This document shows, one piece after another, positions 53,801 to 64,000 of a DNA stretch of 64,000 nucleotides (its first letter is position 1; the number at the start of each line of letters is the position of its first letter). The stretch spans positions 186,001 to 250,000 of the forward strand of contig NW_025765792.1 of NCBI RefSeq assembly GCF_003918875.1, in the 5' to 3' direction. This DNA is from Haliotis rubra. Its lineage: Eukaryota. The position numbers and the translations under genes are program-made. The notes under the pieces were generated by a model. It was given only the letters and a program-made list of their open reading frames with translations. It did no database searches and was not told the DNA's origin.

Positions 53801-53803
53801 TAA
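38861..53803 (+). CDS. fumA: Class I [4Fe-4S] fumarate hydratase, mitochondrial precursor, copy 2 (intact, 577 aa)
   Basis: 12 exons: 38861-39044, 39580-39707, 40463-40601, 41617-41717, 42043-42249, 45489-45615, 46122-46312, 46862-46972, 50616-50822, 51254-51373, 52240-52357, 53703-53803. Total 1734 nt in one open frame. Same intron positions as copy 1, and all three Fe-S cysteine motifs are retained. Confidence 0.96.
40795..41119 (+). mobile_element. LINE (L2-like) 3' fragment
   Basis: FGEKASVH../[27 protein letters not shown], plus a tail like that of the 43.5-kb LINE. Confidence 0.7.
41120..41274. mobile_element. MITE with 5-bp TSD (hAT5-like)
   Basis: TIR CAGGGGCGTAGGAACGG, TSD CTATA. 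Nested at the end of a LINE tail. Confidence 0.75.
42277..42500 (-). mobile_element. Dispersed repeat family D with an internal tRNA-like segment
   Basis: Near-identical copy at about 53200-53430, partial copies at 24205-24310 and 41425-41537. Contains GGTGGCTGAGCGG...GGGTTCGAATCCC box motifs. Confidence 0.65.
42590..43205 (-). pseudogene. Tc1-family transposase remnant
   Basis: [50 protein letters not shown]: a Tc1-type HTH N-terminus followed by stops. Confidence 0.75.
43478..44578 (+). mobile_element. 5'-truncated L2/CR1-group LINE (RT C-terminal half)
   Basis: [52 protein letters not shown], with frameshifts and a (TAT)n tail. Confidence 0.92.
45624..45948 (-). mobile_element. SINE family A copy at the exon-6 donor of fumarase copy 2
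   Basis: Reverse complement of family A. 13-bp TSD GTCAGGTAATGAT (45611-45623, 45949-45961). Absent from copy 1. Confidence 0.88.
47500..47960 (+). mobile_element. LINE 3' fragment (Rex1/Babar-like)
   Basis: [14 protein letters not shown]...[32 protein letters not shown]. Confidence 0.6.
48600..50300 (-). mobile_element. Decayed retroelement-like insertion (possible gag), copy-2-specific
   Basis: More GC-rich than the flanks, broken ORFs, degenerate knuckle [15 protein letters not shown]. Absent from copy 1 intron 8. Confidence 0.35.
51615..52235 (+). repeat. 25-bp minisatellite ATGTCCACACAGGTAACCAAACTCC, intron 10 of copy 2
   Basis: More than 20 units abutting exon 11. Confidence 0.95.
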
Positions 53804-55634
53804 TGTGACTGGTGTAACCTAGGGCAAGAGGATTCTTGATGGATGCTTTGTGGTGGAGACACACTTGTTGGAGATGGATGGTTCATTAATTCATGCTTCA
53901 TATGAAATGATACTGAGAAATACTTGTGAAGCGGGAAGCTGAGTGTTTTGTAAGGGATACTTTTAAAATTACTTAACGCAGAATGATGTTTCATGCATAC
54001 TCTATGAATTACTTAATTCGTGAAGATACTGATTAAATATTTAGATGATTCTTCATGAATATCTTGACATGGATTCCCTTGAAAGATTTTACGGATTCTT
54101 GTGAATACTGCATAAAGATTTCATAAATACAGCATAAGAATTCTTCCCAAGTACTTCAATAAGAAATCTTTGTAAATATTTCAATCAGGATTCTTCATGA
54201 ACACTTCAAGGAATACTTCCACACAGATTCTTTATTTTTCGATATTTTGTAAGGAGTCACATTTCAAAAGGATTCCTTATAATACTTCAAGAATAAATAA
54301 TGAGTGAGTTCAGTTTTACGACTCGCTCAGCAATATTCCAGCTATATGGCAGCGGTCTGTAAATAATTGAGTCTGGACCAGACAATCAAGTGATCAACAG
54401 CATGAGCACAGATCCACCCAATTGGGTGAGTGAGTGAGTTTAGTTTTACGCGCACTCAGCAATATTCCAGCTATATGGCGGTGGTATTACGCAATTGAGG
54501 GCCGATGACATGTATTCACTGACTGACTGACTGAGTTTGGTTTTACGCCGCTTTAAGCAATATTCCAGCAACATCACGGCGGGGGACACCAGAAATGGGC
54601 TTCACACATTGTGCCCATGTGGGGATTCGAACCCGGGTCTTCGGCGTGACGAGCTAACGCTTTAACCATTAGGCTACCCCACCGCCCCGACATGTATTCA
54701 AGAATAAATACTTTATGATGATTTTTAATAAGTACCTATGCCCAAACTGAACAGGGTTTGTGATACTGTTGACATGTTTGAGTGTGAATGATCAGTGATT
54801 GTACTTTAAAGAATTAAACATATATATTGTTGTTCAAATACTAAGTGTACTTGTCTATTTAAGTTTCACAAAACATTTTGTTTCCAACAAACCTAAGTGG
54901 GAAAGGTGCATGGGTTATAATACTGGTGTATATCTGAGAAATTTCAGATATACTTTCATGAAAGAATTCAAACAAATTGAGGTTTGACTATTGAAATCAA
55001 AGGGATTGTTTTGTATTTGTTTAATGCACCACTCTGCAGTAAATGACTAACAGTCTGGATGTGATGACTCACACATCCATATCATGCATACATGGCTGGG
55101 GAACAGTCCAAACACAGAATTTCCACTGACTCACTGATATTTTGTGCAAATGCAATCAATGTTGAGTGAGTGAGTTTAGTAAACACTGCTTTTAGTAACA
55201 TACCAGAAATGGGCTTCACATTGTACCTATGAGGGGAAACAAACCTAGGTCATCCTCATGACGAGCAAACCCTTTAACCACTAAGCTACCCCATCACCCC
55301 TCAATGTTAATGTCTCAGTGGTTCAAGTCTCCTGTCATCTGCAATATGCTTATGCCCACTACTAGAAACATGTTGCATCCAGTCCATACTTGATGTCCCC
55401 ATTGTTTTCAGTATTTTACTGACTGACTGACTAACTGTGTATACCTTTACCCCACTTTTAGCAATATTCTAGCAATATCACGGCGGGGGACACCAGAAAT
55501 GAGCTTCACACATTATGCCCATGTGTGCAATCAAACCCGGGCTTCAGCGTGCCGAGTGAACGCTTTAACCACTAGGCTACCCCACCTCTCCCTCAGTATT
55601 TTAACAAACAAACCAATTATAAATGTAAAGCCAA

Positions 55635-55640
55635 TTTATT
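55635..55640 (-). promoter_or_regulatory. Putative polyadenylation signal of MRPL47
   Basis: AATAAA on the minus strand starting 17 nt after the stop codon. Confidence 0.55.
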
Positions 55641-55656
55641 CAATCTAACTACCAGT

Positions 55657-58600
55657 TTAGTTCTCAGTGTTTTGTAAATGTGGGAACATCTTCAGCAACT
55701 TCTTCCTCTGAAACCTCTTCCTCCGCAGCTCATTCATCTGCTTCCTCTTCATCTTTTCTTTGTACAACATGAGGTACAGCCCCATTGACTTCCTGTATGG
55801 AGGATACAACAAGCGATATGTGGGGTTAAGTTCTTTCGGCATCGGGTGTTCACGGAATTTTTTGAACCCTCTCAGTCCGAAAAAGTTACGAACATAGTCG
55901 CCAGTTGGGGATCCTGTTGTCCCCGTTTCTAGTAGATTGAAAGCTTCGTTCCTCTCCTTCACAACAGACAGCAAATTCTCCATGCTTTCATCAACCTGTC
56001 AAGTGAAAATGAGAGATAGTATAATATTCATTGTATACATTTTGTATTACATTGAGTGAGGTGCGTTTAATGGTTTGAGGTTAATTTGGGTTTAACGTCG
56101 TACTTAAGAATATTTCGCTCATATGACGACGTGCATGCGTGTGTATGTGTATGTGCAGCTGCTTGTACTAGCCCAGACTTAACCTTGTTTTATAGTGCTA
56201 GCCCACTGAGATACCATGCTGCAGTGAAGCATGAATACCCCACTCAGACACATTAAACTGACTCCGAGCCGACCAGTCCTTGTTGTACCCATTAATGCCA
56301 AGCGCCAGGCAGGGACCAACAAGTACCATATTTTAACGTCTTTTGGTGTGAGGCGGTCAGGGATCCAACCCATGACCAGACTGACGCTCTGACAACTACA
56401 CCACAGAGGCGATTTAATATTTTGAACAGGATTCCAGATACATCACAACATCACATCCAAATTGGGAGAACAGTGCAAATTCATGCAGGTTTCCTATTTT
56501 TACCACTTCGGTGAATACCATGGATTGGTTTGTTGTTTAACGCCACACTCTGCAATATATGGCGGCAGTCTGTAAAATAATTGAGTCTGATCCAGACCAT
56601 CAAGTGATCAACAATATGAGCATCGATCTACGCAATTGGGTTACGATGATGTGTATCAAACAAATCAGCGAGCCTGACCACCTGGGACCCGTTCCTCAAA
56701 GCAATGTGTATTCACGACAGTTGTAAGTCTATGTTAAAGTATGGGACCTGATCATCTTGATCGCTTTGAAGAAGTCACCCTTATGACAAGCATATGACAA
56801 GCATGGGTTACTACCAATTCTAAACCAGATCTTCACGGGTAGAATACCATGGGTATGGTTCTGACAAACACAATCAGGATAACCTGAATTATAACCCACA
56901 GTAATAGGTTTCTGGTGTGCTCAAGGGAAGTAACTCTGGACAGTGAACTGTGGCACTGGTCAAGCCATGTTCCCATTCACATAAGAAAGGAACATATTTC
57001 ACTGGTCAAATGTTTGTTGTTTAACGCCACAATAAGGAAGTTTTAAGCTCTAAGGCATCAGTCTGTAAATAATCAGGTATAGACCATACAATCCAGTGAT
57101 TAACATAATGAGTATCTATCTAGATAAGGATAACATGCCTCAACCAAGTCAGTGAGTCTGACCACTTGATCCCATTAGCCGTCTCTTAGGACAAGCATGG
57201 ATTGCTGAAGACCAGTTCTAACCTGAATCTTTACTGGTCAAATGTTGAAAGCACAGTTCCTGAATTACCACAGAAAAATTGTTAGATGACGGTTTCCAGG
57301 TCAGGAATTTGTCAGATCAAGTGTCACAGGTGATTTGTACATATTTTACAGTGAGTGAGTTGGGTTTTATGCTTCTTTTAGCAATATTCCATGAATATCA
57401 CGGCAGGGGACACCAGAAATGGGCTTCACACATTGTGCCCATGTGGGGAATCGAACCCGGGCCTTCAGCATGATGAGCGAATGCTTTAACCACTAGGCTA
57501 CCACACTGCCCTACATATTTTACAAGCTGCATGAGCTTGTCGCCCATGCGATGAGTGTACATAAGGTCCAACTTGTAAATTCTCAAAACTCCAGCAAACG
57601 ACATTTATTGGTTAAATATATCATCACAAGTTTACAAGCTACAAAGATGTATTTTGCTGTGTGCTGATGTATTTAACACTGCATTCAATAACAATCCAGC
57701 TATACGATGGCAGTCAAGAAAACACAATCCACTGACGGACAGGTGTCTATTAATAATCGAGACAACAAGTGTTTGCCACTAACATGGCAATGTCCCCCGC
57801 CGCTAAAGAAGAATGAAATATAACATATTTGCTAGTTTGTATCTTTTGGTCACATAGAAGATTACCTTTTGGGTGATGGAGTTTTTAGTCATGGTCACTT
57901 CTCAGAATGTTCTCCTAACTCTGAAGATATTCCAGGAATATACAGATGTAGTAGACCTGAATACTATTATGTAGATGCAGATGCACATATCCACTGTCAG
58001 TATCAGTGTGTATTAGAGCTGGACGGGACCAAACTTTCTATCCCAGGCACCCCACCCCCTATTACTCTACCCTACCCTGTTACCCATTATGTTAATTCCT
58101 GAAATCAAATTGGTAAGAAAAGGCAATATATTCTTCAGCTCGGAGGCTAAAATGTGGTGCAACATTTTATGAGATATCGCGTTTACATAAGTTTGAAAAG
58201 TGGTCCAAGTGTCGTGGTGATCTTGAAAATAAGGTCATAGTCACCAAAATTGACTGGTGTCTGTGTAATCCCCCAATGTAGGCTATCACCAAATTTGAAG
58301 ACATTGGGTACAACAGTGCTTGAGATATTGCATTTACAAGAGTTTGAAAAGTGGTCGAAATGTCGTGGTGACCTTGAAGATAACCCACCTTATCGATCCT
58401 CTCTGGGTTCGGAAGCAGGGCACACAGCCTCTTGTATTCAGCCTCCATCGTGAGCAGCATGTTCCTCTCCTTCAGCAACACGTACCACAGTTTGTGGAGG
58501 TCATCGTTACTCTTGATTCGCAGCTCATCCTTCTTCCAAGGTCGACCTACAGAAGAGTGAGTGAGTGAGTTGGGTTTAACACCAATTCCAACCACTGGCC

Positions 58601-61600
58601 CTCATGTCTTTGCGAGGATTAAAGATTTAAAAAATATATAAAAAATTTGAGATGACCCCCAACTCGAAATGCTTCACAGTACGATGACAATGCCAGTGAC
58701 TTTGGTGTACCTGACCCTTCTGCTTTGCCGATCACTAAGCTACCACTGCATGCAATCGCTTCGACCAAACCCCGTTTTGTGCGGACATATCGTCATCCAT
58801 TTGTGACTAGATCGTTTAGCTGAGGGACAAAATCGGGTTTAAATGACTTGCAGAAATAACAATAGACATTTGATAGGTGTCTTGAGTGGTGATTGATAGG
58901 CCAATCATCCATGATTATGTTTACATTACGTTTTAATCGATTTCATGCGATGGTAACATAGCTATCGGCAAAGCAGGCGGGTGGAGTGCACCGAAGTGTC
59001 CGTCTTTGTCATGATGAATCGTACTGTGAAGCAATTCGAGTCGAGGGTCATGTCAAAAACAATATTCCAGTTATATCACTGCCTGTCAGCTTAATGTGGG
59101 AGAAAAGACATTTACCTCAGGCGTCAGACATTTTCCACTTTTTGTGCAAACCCATTAGGCATGGTGCTGACACACAAAGAAATGTTCCACAAAATAAACC
59201 TAGTATAACAGTTTTCTTAAATAACTGAGCTCCTAAACATAATTACCCTGCTATACCCGTGAAGGTCTGGGTTAGAATTGATCTTCAATAACCCATGCTT
59301 GTCGTAAGAGGCGACTAACGGGTTCGGGTGGTCAGGCTCGCTGACTTGGTTGACACATGTCGTCGGTTCCTAATTGTGCAGATCGATACTCATGCTGTTG
59401 ATCACTGGATTGTCTGGTCCAGATTCGATTATTTATAGACCACTGCCACATGGCTGGAATATTGCTGGAATATTGCTGAGTGCGACGTAAAAAAAACCTC
59501 ACTCTCTCTGCTACATTTGGAACTTCTTACCAACTTTGACTTTTTCTTCTGCCCAGTGTTTTCTTTCATCAAGAAATTCAGACAGATCTTGACGACGTAT
59601 ACTTGTGTGAAAGCCTGCTAGTTGTGTCGGCTGGCTGAATCTGTAACAGAAATAACACCACAACTGTAGTACTGTTTCCTGTTTGATAATTGAGAGAGTG
59701 AGTGAATTTGTATGAATGCTGCTTATGTCATGCCATTTGATACTCCTAGGTACATACTTAGGTTGAACTGGGATTGAAATACAAGATCAATGCCTTCCTG
59801 CATGCACAGTGTGCAAAATTTACACTGGTCCTGTGGTCCCTGGCAAATAAAAATTCATCAGGACCATTAAATGATTAGTTCGCAGTGGTCCTGGTGGCCA
59901 GTGAATTTTGTATTGATGGTTAAGTAAATCTACGAATGTTATTTTGGACCAGTGAAGTACAGACAGGACCACCAATTATTGCCTACTCACTGGTCCTGTG
60001 GTCTAGTGGGAAGTTTTGAAAGGTTTCTTTCCCTGCATGCACAAGGGATCCAAATCCACACAAATAATTGAGTATACAATCAGGCCACTCGTGACGCATT
60101 GAGCTAAAAAGATTGAGTAATGGCCATAGCTAGCTTTTTTAGATATTGCTTTTGAAAATCAGAATTGAACTTCTTTAAAAACATGGGCTGCCTTCAGTGT
60201 GGGGAACAAGCAAGTGAAGTTTTAGTTTCAGTGCTTTTCAGTGAACAAGTGAATGCATATGGTTTTATCAGGTATGCCATCAATAGCAATGACACCTGAA
60301 AAGGACTTCATACATTGCACCCATGTGGGGAATCAAACTCGGATCTTCGGCGTTATGAGCCAACGCATTAACCACCAGGCTACCCCACTGCCCCTCATGC
60401 AAGTGAAGTTAAGTTTCATTGGTTCAGTACTTTTCAGTGAGCAAGTGAGTGTGTATGGTTTTTAGTGGTGGTCCGATTAATTGAAATAATCGAAGATTGG
60501 TCGCAGTGACTAAACGACCAAGCAATCGATCATGTTTTCTCATAGTTGAACACAAACAATTCTGGAACACTTGTTTTCATTAACAGTATTTTTCACTAGG
60601 TTGGTTTTGTCTGTTATATTTCATAAGCTCTACAAGCTTGTGATTGAATTTATCTTAAAGACTCTAAGAAATTTATGTTCCTAACATACCAGTCATCCTT
60701 TAAAGACGTGAAATTTTGCAACAAAAACCCCTAAAGAACTACATGTTTTTTTCCTTATTTTTGTGCATTAACAAATTTCATAAATGACGCTAACCAATTG
60801 TTTTCGATGATTGATCGGTTGTAATGAACCAATCATCAATTATGAGATTTAATCAATTCCCAACACTAATGGTTTTATCGGGTATTCCATCAGTAGCATT
60901 ATAATAACACCTGAAAACGGCTTCATACATTGCACCCATACATAGCATTTGTAAAGGTGGATTGTAAAAATAAGGTTTGAAAAATGGGAGGAACAAGAAA
61001 GACGTTTTAGCTTCACCGAGTGAGTTTGGTTTTAAGCTGCTCCTTGCAATATTCCTCCATTATCACTGGAACAGGCTTCACACTCAGTACCCATATGGGG
61101 AATCGAACCTGAGTATTCACTGTCATGATCAAGGGGCTATCACAATGTTTATGCCAGTATATGGAATAAGGCCCGTCCGACCGCCAGAGACGGGCTAGGT
61201 TTCTGCCGGACGGTCTAATTTTACAGATAACCAGCCCAATGGACGGGTGAAAAAAAATAATTCAGATAACAGGTCAATTGGCACTGTCTATTTAGTATTA
61301 AAGAAGGACTGGTTAAATCTCTTCTGGGCTGGTAAGTTTTTGAAGTTACCAGCACAGATGTCTGGCTGGGTTTTGGGCTTATTTCATACACTGGTTATGC
61401 CTGAGTACCAGGCCAGAGACTGAAACTTGGAGTACCTGCGTACAATGCCCAATTCAGCTGCACTGATCATGGGATCATGGTAAAGGTATGATACACTTCT
61501 AACAAAACTACTGGACAATTTGCTGAAACTGTTGTCATTCGAGCCAATTCAATTCTATTTCCTGAGACTGTTGGCATTGTTGCTAATTCATAACAACATT

Positions 61601-62009
61601 GAGATACTAGTATCTGAATGCAATTCTAATCTTAGTCTCTAAAACAACACGACAACCTATATTTCGCTTGTGTTTCGAAAAGATTTCGTCCAAGATTTCC
61701 CCATAGTGGCCTCTATTCATTTCTTTAGTCGATTTCCTGATAAATGTTTTATCAAATGAAATCAATCGGTTAAAAATGCCAACTGGTGCAAATGATTCCT
61801 CACTGATTATGAATATGAACAGGAACCTGTTGTTTTAGCCAGCACGCAACATACTTGTCAAGACACACGCACCTGTTACATTTACATGTGAGAGATGACT
61901 GCAGCAAAAGCTTTGTATTTGATTCAACATTGATCAACAGCGGCTGGAGCCTGACCGATAATATTCTTAAAACTGAAGACATGTTCTTCAGCAGTGCCAT
62001 GGTTTTCAT
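55657..62009 (-). CDS. MRPL47: Mitochondrial ribosomal protein L47 (uL29m), 4 exons, about 247 aa
   Basis: Exons 62009-61873, 59640-59531 ([28 protein letters not shown]), 58546-58389 ([32 protein letters not shown]...PERIDK), 55995-55657 ([25 protein letters not shown]). Phases are consistent. Confidence 0.95.
58651..59051. mobile_element. MITE in MRPL47 intron 2
   Basis: ATGACCC..CTCGAA.TGCTTCACAGTACGAT at the left end and its reverse complement at about 59018-59051. Confidence 0.65.
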
Positions 62010-62476
62010 GTACGGGTAAATTCCGCTTTCATTCGCCTACAAATCTGTTCATATTTTAAGATATAAAGGGGCGCAACTGTCGCGGAACATGTCATTCATG
62101 GCTTTTGTACTACTCCTCGGCAGGGTATGTTCAATGCATCTCCTGCATGTTCTTCACAAAATACCACTGTAAAGAGTACCATGAAGGTCAAGCTTAATGT
62201 ACTATCTGTGTAACGCTTATATTATATTAAAGGTACATGTACCGAACCTTTTTGTTTTTAAAAAGATATTTCAATGACAAAAAGTTTTGAAATACAAATT
62301 CAAGATAGCACATACACGTATATTGTTTTGTAATAAGGTTTTGCATTATTTTATAGAATACATCAAGTAAAAGACATACATATTTTATTAGTTTTGAGGG
62401 CATTAGTACGTATGCACCACATGTGTTTCAGCCATTTTCACCGAGTGAGTTAGTTCACATCGGAAAATAAGGGAAA
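62010..62476. promoter_or_regulatory. Putative bidirectional promoter, MRPL47/PHB2
   Basis: Only 467 bp separate the divergent ATGs. YY1-like CAGCCATTTT near 62429. Confidence 0.65.
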
Positions 62477-62606
62477 ATGGACCCGAAAAAGCTTGGGGAT
62501 CTGATGGGGAGGTTAAGGTCAGGTGGAAAGGGAGCTGGAACAGGAATTGGTTTGCTGGCAGCTGCAGGTGGCATTGCATACGGCATCGCTCAATCACTTT
62601 ACACAG
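62477..62606 (+). CDS. PHB2: Prohibitin-2, first coding exon; gene continues beyond the window
   Basis: MDPKKLGDLMGRLRSGGKGAGTGIGLLAAAGGIAYGIAQSLYT plus a phase-1 G. Resembles the PHB2 N-terminus as recalled (DLAGRL...G.G...LLLGAGAVAYGVRESVFTV). Ends at a CAG|GCGAGT donor. Not in the ORF track. Confidence 0.88.
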
Positions 62607-64000
62607 GCGAGTTACCTTGACCGCTGCGGTTCAGAACCGACCTCTTGCAGTTCAATTTTTAATTTTGGAGAAGTGTTTGATTTGATTTTTGTTGGTGTCC
62701 GGGGGTCTATTGCCGGCTTTTAAACACGTGAAGCTATGGAGTTGTTTGACACGTGTTGTAATGGCAGTGGAAAGGTTTAAAAACGTGTGAAATATTAGAT
62801 GATGCAGTGTTACATCATTCAACTTTCAAGTCGATTTCAATCTAGAAAAGATGTCATAGCATAATGGTGGAATTCATGTAAATTACGCGAAAAGTAGCAG
62901 AATAGTTAGGTGTTAAAAGTTATATCTTCAATGACTTCATTAGCCGTGAAGAACCATTGGCAGTGACAACTTTAGCGAAGATACATAGTGCATCTTTGTA
63001 CATCTTAATTGATGTGTGACTGGATGACTAGGAGATGTAACAAGAACCAGATTCTCCATTGTCAACGATGGACCCCCGACATTCTAATGCAATTTTTCTT
63101 GAACATTACCACGTAATACTACTCTTATTTGTAACCTTGTTAGTGTACAAAAATCCATCTAATGCTATTTTAACTCCTCCCGTATCACTCTTCAGTACTT
63201 CCATTTTGGAACACTGATAAAAACTGTCATGATTACAGACACATTTATACAATTTATCAATGCAGCCAGTGGCCTCTGTTACGAAAACATGCTAATCGAC
63301 TTGCTACATATAACTGGTGAAAAAGGGTAGCGATAACATATAAAAATGGGATTTTATCCAATGTTGGTCATTTTGGTGTGGGATTTTGTCCAAAGAAATT
63401 TTGTCCTATGTGTCTGGGTAGGATTTTGTCCGTCCCCCCACTCACATGTGTGCGAGTGCTATGTATCTTAGTTAAAGTTGTCTGTGTATGTGAGCGCTAT
63501 GTATCTTTGCTATGAAAATTTCAGCTTGCACCCAACATATTCAAGTTACCAGAAATGATAATGAAAAAGGTGGAAGTCACAAACTGCTTGGTGATCCCTG
63601 CTTATAACATCTTTTATCAGGCATTTTTTTGGGGGGGAAATAATGAAGTTTCATCCCATATTTGATTGACTTGAAAAAGTCATTCATTTCCTTCCCTTGT
63701 AAATGGAGATGGTATCATCCATACGATGTGTCCATCGTGACACCTGCGGTATTATTGTCTGATTGAGAAGTTATTGAATAAGAAAGTCCTCCAGTCCAAG
63801 TGTTGATCACAAAATATGTTGTTTCCGTAAAGAACTCGGTTGCTTCTATCATGGCTATTGGTACTTGGCACTACAGCTTTGTCTTTTGTTTTTCTCCTTT
63901 AATACCCGTGTGTGTGTGCCTGCCTGCGTGTGGGTGGATTGGTTGCCTGGTCACGCCGAAGAGACCCCCGACATGGGTACAATGCCTTAACCCATTTCTG

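Overview
Intron-rich, AT-rich animal genomic DNA, not prokaryotic. The SINE families resemble those I recall from gastropods such as abalone (inference). Gene order: ARMC9 (minus; 10 coding exons, one U12-type intron, scrambled last visible exon); two tandem 12-exon copies of a mitochondrially targeted class I [4Fe-4S] fumarate hydratase, FumA/FumB-like (plus; 22042-30814 with a 1-nt frameshift, 38861-53803 intact); MRPL47 (minus, complete); and PHB2 exon 1 (plus, GC donor), head-to-head with MRPL47. Introns and spacers hold a deleted DIRS retrotransposon, Academ-like, MULE, Tc1 and LINE remnants, MITEs, four SINE families and minisatellites. There are two N-gaps (4218-4382, 11984-12118). Best leads: (1) the duplicated class I fumarase, with substitutions clustered in the C-terminal active-site domain; (2) a covarying, pseudoknot-like RNA structure at the precise 5' end of a SINE that has no tRNA head (candidate ribozyme); (3) a minisatellite built from a splice acceptor. 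All homology calls are from hand translation and recall; no searches were run.
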